Source: Candidatus Sericytochromatia bacterium
GTDB taxonomy: Bacteria; Cyanobacteriota; Sericytochromatia; S15B-MN24; UBA4093
Direction: 5' to 3'
Assembly: GCA_036676495.1 (NCBI GenBank)
Contig: JAKFCT010000028.1
Span: forward strand, 1 to 64,000
DNA: 64,000 nt
Both the position numbers and the translations under genes were made by a program. Shown here in pieces: positions 1-11,732 of this stretch. The notes under the pieces were generated by a model. That model did no database searches. It had not been told where the DNA came from and worked only from the letters and a program-made list of their open reading frames with translations. The first letter of the stretch is position 1. Each line of letters begins with the position of its first letter.

Positions 1-45
1 CAGCATGATCACCTTGATGGCTTTTTCTGTGAATCTCTCAAACAT
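1..45 (-). CDS. clpC: ATP-dependent Clp protease ATPase ClpC, 5' fragment (runs off window)
   Basis: Minus strand reads MFERFTEKAIKVIML after a GGAGAGG RBS; this is the typical N-terminus of cyanobacterial/plastid ClpC. Confidence 0.85.
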   Translation of the reverse strand, partial: MFERFTEKAIKVIML

Positions 46-183
46 ATCGCACCTCTCCAGATCGCTCCGGTTTCAAATGTAGGAGGCATCTTACCATGGA
101 ATCAGGGGCCGAGGCAGACGAACCAGCCAGCTTGCGGTTTTCAGGCTCGACAAAAAACCTTGTTCCCCTTGCCGAAGTCCTTC

Positions 184-579
184 TCACCTCTCCTCTTCCT
201 CTAGCTGATCCTTGATCTTGGCCTGAATGACCCGGATCTCGCTCTCATGCACCTGTTTCAGCTGGGCCAGCTGATCCAGGCGCCCTTGTATCTGCCGGAT
301 CTCGGCCTCCTTCTGCACCTTGAGCTGGTCGAGCTCATTCTGCAGCCGGATGATCCGCTCCACTCCTGCGAGGTTGATCCCAAGCTCCTGGGTGAGCTTC
401 TGGATGTACATGAGGCGCTCGATGTCCGATTGCGAGTAGAGGCGGTTCTTCCCCTGTCGCTTCGGGTTCACCAACCCTCGACGCTCATACAGCCGCAGCG
501 TCTGTGGGTGCATGTTCACCAGCTCCGCCGCCACCGAAATGATGTAAAGCGGCCGATCCTTTGATGCGTCAAGGGGCAT
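184..579 (-). CDS. hspR: HspR-like MerR-family heat-shock repressor
   Basis: [31 protein letters not shown]...RLYS...[16 protein letters not shown] plus a coiled-coil tail; ATG at 579 with GGAGGAG RBS. Confidence 0.85.
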   Translation of the reverse strand: MPLDASKDRPLYIISVAAELVNMHPQTLRLYERRGLVNPKRQGKNRLYSQSDIERLMYIQKLTQELGINLAGVERIIRLQNELDQLKVQKEAEIRQIQGRLDQLAQLKQVHESEIRVIQAKIKDQLEEEER

Positions 580-681
580 GGCGTCTCCTCCCTGCAAGTT
601 AGTAAGGGTTTACCCCGGCAAGGCGATTGCAAAACCCATCATAACCCAATTGAGTCCGGACAATATATGTCGGAAAACCGC

Positions 682-709
682 AGCTTACCAGAATCGCCCG
701 CGGAGTCAA
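682..709 (-). promoter_or_regulatory. sigma70-like promoter of hspR
   Basis: Minus strand TTGACT-N16-TAAGCT with TGG immediately before the -10. Confidence 0.5.
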
Positions 710-796
710 CCACCCCCGCGGTCCCCCTCGAAAAGGGCTTGGACACCCGCTCGACACCGACACGATGCCCGAAAGAGCGCCCTGCGAGACCGTCAG

Positions 797-826
797 AAAA
801 AAGGGACGACCCCGGAGGGCCGTCCC
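797..826 (-). terminator. Intrinsic terminator after the DUF4139 gene
   Basis: GGGACGACCC/GGGCCGTCCC hairpin next to A6 (U-tract on the minus strand). Confidence 0.65.
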
Positions 827-833
827 CGCTCGA

Positions 834-2264
834 CTAGTAACGGGTCCGCACCGTGTAGGTGACGACCTCCTCCTGGTTCGGAGCCACCTTCACCTCGAAG
901 GCGACGCGCTGGGCATCCAGCTTCTGGAAGTTCCGCGACTTCTGCGTGATCTCCCAGTCCCCGCCCATCCGCTCGATCGCCGTGATCGTGACCGCCTCAT
1001 CCTTGCGGTTGCGCAGCTTGATCTGATAGCTCGACTCGACCACCCGATCCCCGATGACCCGGTAGCCGGTCTGGACCCGCTCCCCGACCAGATCGAAAGC
1101 CTGGCCGAGCTTCACCTTCACCTTCTCGTCCTTGGGAGTGTGATCGATCGCATCCTCCCCCACGAACTGAAGCTGCCCCTCCTTGTCCGCCTGGTAGACC
1201 CTCACGACGCCCTTGGGCAACGGCATTCCGAGCCGACTGGCCTTGTCGTTGGCGAACTCCAGGAAGACGTCGACCTTCTCGGACTGACGTTCCCGGTTCT
1301 GCAGCCAGATGGGCGTGCGCCCGGCATCGAAGACGTACTGCCGCCGGGTCGGAACGTCGGTCGCCGCCATGAGGCTGAGTTGCTTGGTCTGGCGATCCTT
1401 GAGCGTCGTCTTGCGGTTCAACGCGTAAGAGTGATACTCGAAGAGCCCCTGCTCCTCGAACTGGCCGGCGGCATCCGCCGCCTTCGCCATCGCATAGGGC
1501 GCCCGCGCCACTTCCTGGAACCGCTCCCGAACCCGATTGACGTCCCCCGCCACCAGGGTCAGCTTCGCGTTCTGATACGTCGTCCCACTCTGGTTGTTCA
1601 GCGTCACCCAGCCGTTCAGGTTGGCCTTGGAGGCCTGGTCATTCACGACGAGGACGTAGTTGGCCTTCCAGCTCATGCCCCGGGTCAGGTACGAGACGTC
1701 GAGCCGATGCTCCCCTCCGCGATCGTTCTGAAGCCCCCAGACCAAGGTCGGACGGGCCACCAGGTTCTCCGGGACCTTCGGAAGCACGACCCGCCCCGGG
1801 GGATCGAGGTAGATCTTGTCCCCGATCTTATAGACCTGCCCCTCGTTGGTGCTCAGCAACTCGGCCTGCATGACGGAGGTCGGAGTGTGAATCTCAACGC
1901 GCTGCCCCACGTACTTGTCGAGCAGCTTATGCGGGGTCAGGAGATCGTATTCGTAGTTCTGCTCCAGCACCGAGAGCTCGCGCGGCGCCGTGAGCGATCG
2001 CAGGCTCACCGAGGTCGGATCGATCCCCGCCGCCACATCGGCGAAGCTCAGCTCCCGCGCCCCCGCTTCGAGCTTGACGGCACGAACCTCGCGCACCAGC
2101 CCCAGGTCCTCGTTGTAAACGGTGACGGCGACCTCGCGCTGATCCGCCAGGGTGGACTGCTCGGCCCCGGCCTGCTGAGCCGTGACCCCCAGGGTCGTCA
2201 CCAGCGCCAAGGAAAGCGAGAGCAGGCCACGAAGGGCCGTGGGACGACGGAGTTTCGGATTCAT
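834..2264 (-). CDS. Secreted DUF4139-domain protein
   Basis: Signal peptide; VAVTVYNEDLGLVREVR, LEQNYEYDLL, SYLTRGMSWKANY, LFEYHSY and GMPLPKGVVRVY motifs typical of DUF4139/DUF4140 proteins. Confidence 0.8.
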   Translation of the reverse strand: MNPKLRRPTALRGLLSLSLALVTTLGVTAQQAGAEQSTLADQREVAVTVYNEDLGLVREVRAVKLEAGARELSFADVAAGIDPTSVSLRSLTAPRELSVLEQNYEYDLLTPHKLLDKYVGQRVEIHTPTSVMQAELLSTNEGQVYKIGDKIYLDPPGRVVLPKVPENLVARPTLVWGLQNDRGGEHRLDVSYLTRGMSWKANYVLVVNDQASKANLNGWVTLNNQSGTTYQNAKLTLVAGDVNRVRERFQEVARAPYAMAKAADAAGQFEEQGLFEYHSYALNRKTTLKDRQTKQLSLMAATDVPTRRQYVFDAGRTPIWLQNRERQSEKVDVFLEFANDKASRLGMPLPKGVVRVYQADKEGQLQFVGEDAIDHTPKDEKVKVKLGQAFDLVGERVQTGYRVIGDRVVESSYQIKLRNRKDEAVTITAIERMGGDWEITQKSRNFQKLDAQRVAFEVKVAPNQEEVVTYTVRTRY

Positions 2265-2355
2265 CGGTTCCTCCTTTGTGGGTACGAGCTACAGACGAGC
2301 GCGGGGCCGGAAGGGTTCCGTACCCTCCGGCCCCGCCCCACTCAATCAATGGTTG

Positions 2356-3189
2356 CTAAAGCTTGGCTTCGATATCCTTGGCCTCGCGCAGGACGGCCGG
2401 ATACTCACCGAAAGTCGCCTTGAAGCGGCCCCACTGTTCCTTGGCCTCCGCCTTCTGGCCCGCGGCGATCAAGCCGCGAATGTAGTTGGCCTGGATGGCA
2501 TGGAAATAAGGCTCGGCCTTCGCGGCCTTCTCGAGCAGGGGAAGGCCCTTCTTGGGATCTCCCCCCACCGCGCTCGGAGCCTCGACGAAGTAGCGGCCCA
2601 GCGCGTACTGCGAGCGCGAGTTCGCGTCGATCCCCACGGCCTTCTCGAGGTTGCCGCGCACGCCCAACCCGAAGCGCAGCATGGCCATGAGCCCCTCGCG
2701 CTTGGACTTCAAGCCCTGCGCTCCTGCCAGGTTCACCCAGAGCCGGGAGAGCAACTCCTTGTCGGTAGCCTTCTTCTCCCACTTGGCGAGGGCTTTCTCG
2801 CTAGCAGCGATGGACTGATCGTACTTGTCGGCCGCCAACAATCCCGCCCCCAGCCAGACCTGGGCTTCCAGGGAGTCGGGATTGGCATCAGCAGCCCGCT
2901 TGAAGTGAGTCAGCGCGCCGTCGGCATCCGCGACGTGATCCAGCACCTGGCCCATCAGGAGGTTCGCCTCCAGGGACTCGGGGTCCTTCGCGAGCGCCTG
3001 CTCCACGAGTTGACGGGCCTGCGCGAAGCGGCCCTGCCGAAGGTGAGTTTGGGCCTGCGCCAGGGCGCCGTCGGCAGCCGCCACCTGAAACGGCGCCGTG
3101 GCTGCCGGAGCGGCAATCGCAGGGGTGACCAGAGCGGAGAGGGCCAAGAGCGATCCCAAGAGCATTCCGAAGTTGCGGCGATGGTTCAC
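2356..3189 (-). CDS. Secreted tetratricopeptide-repeat protein
   Basis: Signal peptide followed by TPR-like helices (ALAKDPESLEANLLMG, NPDSLEAQVWLG); GTG start after GAAGGAG. Confidence 0.7.
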   Translation of the reverse strand: MNHRRNFGMLLGSLLALSALVTPAIAAPAATAPFQVAAADGALAQAQTHLRQGRFAQARQLVEQALAKDPESLEANLLMGQVLDHVADADGALTHFKRAADANPDSLEAQVWLGAGLLAADKYDQSIAASEKALAKWEKKATDKELLSRLWVNLAGAQGLKSKREGLMAMLRFGLGVRGNLEKAVGIDANSRSQYALGRYFVEAPSAVGGDPKKGLPLLEKAAKAEPYFHAIQANYIRGLIAAGQKAEAKEQWGRFKATFGEYPAVLREAKDIEAKL

Positions 3190-3278
3190 GTGGAAGACTC
3201 CTTCTCGGTGCGAAATGTTACCGGTGCGTCGCCATTGTACCCTCTCCCCACGGGGTTCAACCACGGAGACCCCTCGGG

Positions 3279-6077
3279 CTACTTGGCCTCCATCCAGCTC
3301 GGTCCGACGTTGATATCTACCTTGAGGGGCACGTCCAGCGTCATGGCGCCCTCCATGATCTCCCGGACCCGGGCTTCGAGGGGCTTCACCTCGGCCTCGG
3401 GAACCTCGAAGACCAGTTCGTCGTGCACCTGCAAGAGCATGCGGGCGGCGAATCCCTCGGTCTTGAGCATGTCGTGCAAGCGCACCATGGCAATCTTGAT
3501 GATATCGGCGGCCGTACCCTGGATCGGAGCGTTGATGGCCATCCGCTCCCCGTTCTTGCGCTCGATGGGATTCGACGAGCTCAGCTCCCGGATGAAGCGG
3601 CGGCGACCCAGGAGGGTCATGACGTAGCCGCGGGCCTTGGCCTGCGCCAGCGCCTCGATCTGGTAGTGCCGGATGGCGCTGTAGTGCTCCCAGAACGCGT
3701 CGATGAAGCGCTTGGCGTCCTTCTGGGGGATGCCCAGGATGCGGGCGAGGCTGAAGGCGCCCTGGCCGTAGATCGTCGCGAAGTTGATGGTCTTGCCGAC
3801 CCGGCGCTGATCCTTGGTGACCTCGGCCAGCGGGACCTCGAAGATCTGACTGGCGGTGAGGGCATGGATGTCCTCGTCGTTACGGAAGGCCTCGATGAAG
3901 GCCGGCTCCTTGGCGATCTGAGCGAGGATCCGCAGCTCGATCTGGGAGTAGTCGGCAGCCATCAGGACGTAGCCCGGCTTGGAGGGGACGAAGGCCCTGC
4001 GGATCTCGCGGCCCTCGTCGGTCCGGATGGGGATGTTCTGGAGGTTGGGGTCGGTCGAGGAGAGACGGCCCGTGGCGGCCACGGTCTGGTTGTAGGACGT
4101 GTGCAGGAGGCCGTCACGCGGGTTGATGAGGCTGGGAAGGGCATCCACGTAGGTGCCCTTGAGCTTCGTCAGCTGGCGGTACTCCAGGATCTTGGCGACG
4201 ATCGCGTGCTGCGTGGAGAGCTCCTCGAGGACGCTCGCATCGGTGCTGGGGCCGGTCTTGGTCTTCTTGATGACGGGAAGGCCCAGCGTCTCGAAGAGGA
4301 CGACCGCGAGCTGCTTGGGGCTGTTGATGTTGAAGGCGCTGCCGGCCAGCTCATGGATCTCGGCTTCGAGATCGTGGAGGCGATTGCCCATGATATGCGA
4401 GAGCTGCCCCAGGTAACCGGTGTCGACCTTGACGCCGTGCTGCTCCATCTCGGCCAGGACCTCGATGAGCGGCAACTCGACCTCGTTGAAGAGGGAGTTG
4501 ACCCCCGAGGCGACCAGCTGCTCGCTGAGCTTGCTGACCAGCTCGGACGTGATGGCGGCGTCCGCCCCGGCGTAATCCGCCGCCTTGCGAATGTCCACCT
4601 GGGCCATGGTGATGGCCTTGGCGCCCGTCCCGATGAGCTCGGAGATGGGAGTCATGCGAACCCCCAGGACCTCGTAGGCCAGCTCCTTGAGGCCGTGCGG
4701 ACGGCTCGGGTCGACCAGGTAATCGGCCACCATCGAGTCGAAGCGCATGCCCTTGACGCAGAGGCCGTACTGGCTGAGCACGTTGACGTCGAACTTGGCG
4801 TTATGCGCGAACTTCGCGACCTGAGGGCTCTCCAGCACGGGCTTCAGGGCGGCGAGGACCTGTTCGAGCGGGAGCTGCTGGCCGGAGAGATGGCCGACCG
4901 GGACGTAGTAGGCCTTGCCGGCGAGGCCTTCCCAAGAGAACGAGAGGCCGACAAGCTTCGTATTGAGTGAGCTCAAGGCGTCGGTTTCAGTGTCGAAGGC
5001 GAAGCCGACCTGGGACTCGAGGGCGCGGACCAGCTCCTGGAGGGCCGCTTCGGTATCGACGACCTCGACCTCCACGGCGACGGCCGAGGCTTCGAGGGCC
5101 GCGGGAGCGTCGGCAGCGTCCAGGTCCGAGGCGGGAAGCCCGGAGGTCTCCCCGGTGAAATGGGCGAGGATGGAGGGCAGCTGCCGGGAGATGGTCTTGA
5201 ACTCCAGCTCGTCCAGGACCGCCGTGAGCGTCGGGAGATCGGGCATGTTGAGCTTGCACGCATGCCAATCGATGTCTCCGAGGGGGACCTGGACGTCGAT
5301 GGTGGCGAGCCGGAGCGATTGGCGCGCGAGGTCGACGTTGGCGGCGATCTTCTCGCCCAGCTTGCCGCCGACCTTGTCCAGGTTGGCGAGGAGGTTCTCC
5401 ACGGTGCCCCATTCCTGGAGCAGCTTGGTGGCGGTCTTGTCGCCCACTCCGGGAACGCCGGGGATGTTGTCGGAGGCGTCGCCGGCCAGTCCCTTGTACT
5501 CGATGATCTGGGCGGGGGTGAGGCCGTACTTCTCCTGGACTCCGGCGACGTCCATGCGGGCGAGCTCGGTGCCGGCCTTGGTCCAGAGGACGTTGATCCG
5601 GTCGTCGATGAGCTGGAAGGAGTCGCGATCGCCGGTGACGATCAGGACGTCGTAGCCTTCCTTGCCTGCTTGCTTGGCGATGGTGCCGATGACATCGTCG
5701 GCCTCGTAGCCGTCGATCTCGTAGATGGGCAGTTCGAAGGCCCTCACGATGGCTCGAATGAGGTCCATCTGGGGCCTCAAGTCATCGGGCATCGGCTTGC
5801 GGTGGGCCTTGTAGTCGGCGAACTCTTCGTGGCGGAAGGTCGGGGCGGCGCGGTCGAAGGCGACGGCCATGCATTCCGGGCGGTAGGACTTGATGACGTC
5901 GAGGATCGCCCGCAGGAAGCCGTAGACGGCCCAGGTGGCCTTTCCGTCCTTGGTACGGAGGTCCATGCGCTGGAGCGCGAAGAAGGAGCGGTAGGCCAAG
6001 GCGTGCCCGTCGATGAGCACGAGGCGCTTTCCGGTTGCGAGGGTCGCGGGGGTGGGCGAGAGCGTGGATTCAGCCAT
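3279..6077 (-). CDS. polA: DNA polymerase I
   Basis: 5'-3' exonuclease (LIDGHALAYR, EADDVIG, GDASDNIPGVPGVG), 3'-5' exonuclease (FDTET) and polymerase motifs (TGRLSS, DYSQIELR, LQVHDELVFE). Confidence 0.98.
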   Translation of the reverse strand: MAESTLSPTPATLATGKRLVLIDGHALAYRSFFALQRMDLRTKDGKATWAVYGFLRAILDVIKSYRPECMAVAFDRAAPTFRHEEFADYKAHRKPMPDDLRPQMDLIRAIVRAFELPIYEIDGYEADDVIGTIAKQAGKEGYDVLIVTGDRDSFQLIDDRINVLWTKAGTELARMDVAGVQEKYGLTPAQIIEYKGLAGDASDNIPGVPGVGDKTATKLLQEWGTVENLLANLDKVGGKLGEKIAANVDLARQSLRLATIDVQVPLGDIDWHACKLNMPDLPTLTAVLDELEFKTISRQLPSILAHFTGETSGLPASDLDAADAPAALEASAVAVEVEVVDTEAALQELVRALESQVGFAFDTETDALSSLNTKLVGLSFSWEGLAGKAYYVPVGHLSGQQLPLEQVLAALKPVLESPQVAKFAHNAKFDVNVLSQYGLCVKGMRFDSMVADYLVDPSRPHGLKELAYEVLGVRMTPISELIGTGAKAITMAQVDIRKAADYAGADAAITSELVSKLSEQLVASGVNSLFNEVELPLIEVLAEMEQHGVKVDTGYLGQLSHIMGNRLHDLEAEIHELAGSAFNINSPKQLAVVLFETLGLPVIKKTKTGPSTDASVLEELSTQHAIVAKILEYRQLTKLKGTYVDALPSLINPRDGLLHTSYNQTVAATGRLSSTDPNLQNIPIRTDEGREIRRAFVPSKPGYVLMAADYSQIELRILAQIAKEPAFIEAFRNDEDIHALTASQIFEVPLAEVTKDQRRVGKTINFATIYGQGAFSLARILGIPQKDAKRFIDAFWEHYSAIRHYQIEALAQAKARGYVMTLLGRRRFIRELSSSNPIERKNGERMAINAPIQGTAADIIKIAMVRLHDMLKTEGFAARMLLQVHDELVFEVPEAEVKPLEARVREIMEGAMTLDVPLKVDINVGPSWMEAK

Positions 6078-6084
6078 GGGTCCT

Positions 6085-6969
6085 CTACTCGTCTGACGGG
6101 GCGGGGGATGCGGGCGCGGCTTCCAGGGCCCGTTGATAGGCCTGTCGGCGGGGAATACCGTGAGTCTTGGCAACCTGCTTGGCGGCGTCCTGGGTGCTCA
6201 GGCCCTCGGAAAGCAGGCGAAGCAGGGCGGCTTCCCAGTCACCTTCGGGCTTCTCCTCGGGAGTGGGCGAGCCCCCGACGACGAGGACGATCTCGCCGCG
6301 GACCTCGCGGGCCTCGGCCCATTGCGCCAGCTCGGCGAGGGAGCCGCGCTGGACTTCCTCATGCTGCTTGGTGAGCTCGCGGGCGACGGCCGCGGGGCGA
6401 TCGCCCCCGAAGAGGGCGCTCATGTCGGTGAGGGTGTCGGCAAGGCGATGGGGGGCTTCGTAGAAGACCAGGGTGCGCGGCTCGTGGGCGATCGCCTTCA
6501 AGATCCGGCGGCGGGCCTTGCCTTCACGCGGGAGGAAGCCCTCGAAGACGAAGCGTTCGGTCGGCAGCCCCGAGACCACCAGGCCCGCCACGAAGGCGGA
6601 CGGGCCCGGGATCGGCACCACCGGGATGCCGGCGCGGATGGCCTCGACGATCAGCTCCCACCCGGGATCGGAGATGCCCGGCATGCCGGCGTCGCTGACG
6701 AGGGCGATCGCCGAGCCGGCCTGGAGCATCCCGACGATCTCCGGCGTCCGGCCGCCGAGGTTATGGGCGTGGTAGCTGAGCAGCTTGGCCTGGATGCCGT
6801 GGCGGGCGAGAAGCTTGGAGGTCTGGCGGGTGTCCTCGGCGGCGATCAGGTCCACCTGGCGCAGGGTATCGAGCAAGCGCAAGGTGACGTCTCCCATGTT
6901 GCCGATGGGAGTGCCACAGACGTATAGCGTGCCCGCAGCGGGGCGTTGCGAGGGGGTGAGCGCGTCCAT
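6085..6969 (-). CDS. rsmI: 16S rRNA (cytidine1402-2'-O)-methyltransferase
   Basis: LYVCGTPIGNMGD, AAEDTR, LVSDAGMPGISDPG, FYEAPHR, ARELTK motifs. Confidence 0.95.
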   Translation of the reverse strand: MDALTPSQRPAAGTLYVCGTPIGNMGDVTLRLLDTLRQVDLIAAEDTRQTSKLLARHGIQAKLLSYHAHNLGGRTPEIVGMLQAGSAIALVSDAGMPGISDPGWELIVEAIRAGIPVVPIPGPSAFVAGLVVSGLPTERFVFEGFLPREGKARRRILKAIAHEPRTLVFYEAPHRLADTLTDMSALFGGDRPAAVARELTKQHEEVQRGSLAELAQWAEAREVRGEIVLVVGGSPTPEEKPEGDWEAALLRLLSEGLSTQDAAKQVAKTHGIPRRQAYQRALEAAPASPAPSDE

Positions 6970-7101
6970 GAGGCCATGATACCACTCATTCAGGCCCCGG
7001 CGCCCGCGCCGCGGTGGGAATGGCTGGCATGCGGCAGGCAAGCAACTTTTCGGTTAAACTACCGATAACAACTCGTGAAGCATGTTCCAAGGGGAGGCCC
7101 G

Positions 7102-8163
7102 ATGATCGCTTTACGTCGCCTATCCGTCCTCACGGCCCTGGCCGCCACGCTGGTCCTGGCAGCCTGCGGCGGCTCGACCCTGCCCACTGCTCCGGACGAC
7201 GCCGACGGCTACGACGACGATTACACCCTCCCCTCCCCGGGTCCCGGGGACCTGGATCCCAGTCCCGATTGGACTCCGGATCCGAGCGACGCCAGCCCGA
7301 CCCCGAGCCCCACGCCGAGCGCTCCCACTTGGGAAGGGCCTTCGAACGATTTCCGGCGCTTGATCGGCAAGGGGTACGTGAGCAACTGGCTCTTCGCCCC
7401 GCGGGGCCTCGCCGTCGCCGGGAACCTGCTCTTCATCGCCGACGGCAACCGCTCCTCACTGCGGGGTGCCTACGGGGCGGTCATGGCGTTCGACGGGAAC
7501 AACGAGGACACGTTCACGACGCACGCCGGGATGTACTACGAACGCCGGATCGGGGAGTCGACCGCGCACATGCTGGGCACGGCGGTCCAGGCCGTCGCGG
7601 TGAACGATCAGCTGGTGCTGGCCTCGGACGCGACCGGGGTCAAGGGCTTCATCCGGGCCATTCCGGAGAACGCGCTGAACGGCGGGGCGACCATCGCGCC
7701 TCCGTGCCGGGACATGGCCTTCGCGGGCGGCGTCCTCTACATGGCGCAGGCGGGACAGATCGCCGCCCTCAAAGAAGGGACCTGGGCGGCCGCCTCCGGG
7801 CTGAACGTGGATGCCCGCGGACTGGGCGCGGACGGGCAAGGCCGGCTCTGGGTGGTCACATCGACGCGGATCGCGGCGTACCAGGGCGGGCAGCAAGTGC
7901 TCGACTTCGACGGTCGCGGCACGGACGGAAAAGGCCCGGGGGCCATGCAGCTGGCGGATGTGGCGGCGGATCCCCGGAACGGAGACGTCTACGCCTTGGA
8001 CCAAGGGCGGGTGCTGCGCTTCGATTCCGCGGGCAAGTTCCTGGGGAGCTTCGGCGCCGGGCGGATTGGCCAAGGCGCGAGCATCGTCGTGGGGGCGGAC
8101 GGGTCCGTTTACGTCAGCGACGCGCAGGATGGCGAGGTCTACCAGTACCGCCCAGGCAACTGA
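7102..8163 (+). CDS. Lipoprotein with NHL/beta-propeller-like repeats
   Basis: Lipobox VLAAC, Pro/Thr/Ser linker, and repeats such as PRGLAVAGNLLFIAD, DVAADPRNGDVYALD, IVVGADGSVYVSD. Confidence 0.7.
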   Translation: MIALRRLSVLTALAATLVLAACGGSTLPTAPDDADGYDDDYTLPSPGPGDLDPSPDWTPDPSDASPTPSPTPSAPTWEGPSNDFRRLIGKGYVSNWLFAPRGLAVAGNLLFIADGNRSSLRGAYGAVMAFDGNNEDTFTTHAGMYYERRIGESTAHMLGTAVQAVAVNDQLVLASDATGVKGFIRAIPENALNGGATIAPPCRDMAFAGGVLYMAQAGQIAALKEGTWAAASGLNVDARGLGADGQGRLWVVTSTRIAAYQGGQQVLDFDGRGTDGKGPGAMQLADVAADPRNGDVYALDQGRVLRFDSAGKFLGSFGAGRIGQGASIVVGADGSVYVSDAQDGEVYQYRPGN

Positions 8164-8259
8164 TTTGCCTTCATGGCGCATTGCGCCAAGATGAATCTTT
8201 CGTTTGTTTGCTGAAAGCTAGGCCTCTTTGGGGAATAATACCTCCAGGAGGTGATGCGT

Positions 8260-8733
8260 ATGCAGGTTCTCGTGCTCAGTAACACCTATCAGCCCCTGTA
8301 CACCTGCGGGGTCGAAAAGGCAGTCACGCTGCTGTTCCTGGGGAAAGCGGTCTCGGTCCGGGACTCTGATCAGGTGATTCGGTCCCCCTCGGTGGCCCTT
8401 CCGATTCCCGAAGCGATCCGGTTGCTGGTGAAGGCCATCGTCCACCGCTACTACGAAACCATGCGGCCCACCCGGTCGGCGATCTTCAAGCGCGACAAAC
8501 ATGTTTGTCAGTACTGCGGCTCGCGCAACGATCTCACCATCGACCACGTCCACCCCAAGAGCCGGGGCGGCGAGGATACCTGGGAGAACCTTACGACGGC
8601 TTGCCAAAAATGCAACAACCGTAAGGGGGATCGGCGCCCCGAAGAGGCTGGCATGCTCCTGGCGAGCAGTCCAAAAGCTCCAAGAGCCATCGAGGTGGCC
8701 TCCGACCTCTGGTCGAAACTCATGGGTTGGTAG
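8260..8733 (+). CDS. Stand-alone HNH endonuclease (McrA/HNH_5 type)
   Basis: VLVLSNTYQPL, IFKRDKHVCQYCG, LTIDHVHPKSRGG, WENLTTACQKCNNRKG. Confidence 0.9.
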   Translation: MQVLVLSNTYQPLYTCGVEKAVTLLFLGKAVSVRDSDQVIRSPSVALPIPEAIRLLVKAIVHRYYETMRPTRSAIFKRDKHVCQYCGSRNDLTIDHVHPKSRGGEDTWENLTTACQKCNNRKGDRRPEEAGMLLASSPKAPRAIEVASDLWSKLMGW

Positions 8734-8768
8734 CCGGTTCCCTTGCGGGGAGCCGGCTACCAGCTTTT
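8728..8768 (+). terminator. Intrinsic terminator between the HNH gene and hemB
   Basis: TGGTAGCCGGTTCCC-ttgc-GGGGAGCCGGCTACCA hairpin followed by GCTTTT. Confidence 0.7.
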
Positions 8769-8791
8769 GAGCACGGGAGCCGAGGTGTCGC

Positions 8792-9796
8792 TTAGCGCGC
8801 CTTGAGCCAGCGCGCCGCCTCGAGCGCATGGTAGGTGATGAGGATATCCGCGCCGGCCCGCTTGAGGCCGACGAGGGTCTCCAGCACTAGGCGCTGCTCG
8901 TCAATCCAGCCCCGCTCGGCCGCGGCCTTCACCATGGCGTACTCGCCCGAGACGTTGTAGGCTGCGACCGGCCGGTCGGTCATCTCCTTGACCCGCCAGA
9001 TGATGTCCATGTACGCGAGCGCCGGCTTCACCATCACGATGTCGGCCCCCTCGCCGAGGTCCAGGCTGACCTCCTTGAGCGCCTCGCGGGCGTTGGCGGG
9101 ATCCATCTGGTAGCTGCGGCGATCGCCGAACGCCGGAGCCGACTCCGCCGCCTCCCGGAACGGCCCGTAGTAGCTCGACGCGTACTTCGCCGAGTAGGCC
9201 ATCACCGGCACCGAGGCGAAGCCCGCCGAGTCCAGGGCCTGACGGATCGCTCCGATCCGGCCGTCCATCATATCCGAAGGCGCCACCATGTCCGCTCCCG
9301 CCGCCGCATGGCTCAGGGCCGTCTTCACGAGCAGCTCCACCGAGGGATCGTTGAGCAGCTCTTCGCCCTCGATGACTCCGCAGTGGCCGTGCGAGGTGTA
9401 CTCGCAAAGGCAGACGTCCGTGACCACCAGCAGCTCGGGCAGGGCCTGCTTGAGCGCCCGAACGCCTTCCTGGACGATCCCGTTGGGATCGTACGCACCC
9501 GACGCTTCCAGGTCCTTTTCCGGCGGAATCCCGAAGAGGATCACGCCTCCCACTCCGAGCTCCGCGGCCTCTCTCGCTTCCTTGACGGCTTCGTCGAGGG
9601 AGAGCTGGGCGATGCCCGGCATCGAGCCGATCGGCTTGCGGATGCCGCTGCCCGGCACCAGGAACATGGGGTAGAGGAAGTCGCCCGCGTCGAGGGTGGT
9701 CTCGCGCACCAGGCGGCGCATGGGCTCGGACATGCGCAGGCGCCGGCCCCGAAGGGCCGGGAACCCGGCAGGACGCACGATCGTAGATTGGCTCAT
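8792..9796 (-). CDS. hemB: Porphobilinogen synthase (Zn-type)
   Basis: DVCLCEYTSHGHCG, APSDMMDGR, YQMDPAN, GADIVMVKP, AYNVSGEYAM. Confidence 0.97.
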   Translation of the reverse strand: MSQSTIVRPAGFPALRGRRLRMSEPMRRLVRETTLDAGDFLYPMFLVPGSGIRKPIGSMPGIAQLSLDEAVKEAREAAELGVGGVILFGIPPEKDLEASGAYDPNGIVQEGVRALKQALPELLVVTDVCLCEYTSHGHCGVIEGEELLNDPSVELLVKTALSHAAAGADMVAPSDMMDGRIGAIRQALDSAGFASVPVMAYSAKYASSYYGPFREAAESAPAFGDRRSYQMDPANAREALKEVSLDLGEGADIVMVKPALAYMDIIWRVKEMTDRPVAAYNVSGEYAMVKAAAERGWIDEQRLVLETLVGLKRAGADILITYHALEAARWLKAR

Positions 9797-9798
9797 GG

Positions 9799-11628
<1,830 letters not shown>

Positions 11629-11732
11629 GGAGTCTTCATCCTTAATTTTGTAGAGGGAAGTCATGGCCGATGGCCAGGTGTCATTGTACAATGGCGCCAA
11701 AGGCCGGGCAACCCGGCTCTCTGGTAGGTCTA

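Noticed and set aside
8260-8733. HNH gene as part of a defence or mobile system
   Set aside because: Common stand-alone type among housekeeping genes; no methylase, intron or IS context.
11629-11732. glmS ribozyme upstream of glmS
   Set aside because: Only ~100 bp of divergent promoter DNA, with no ribozyme core recognisable.
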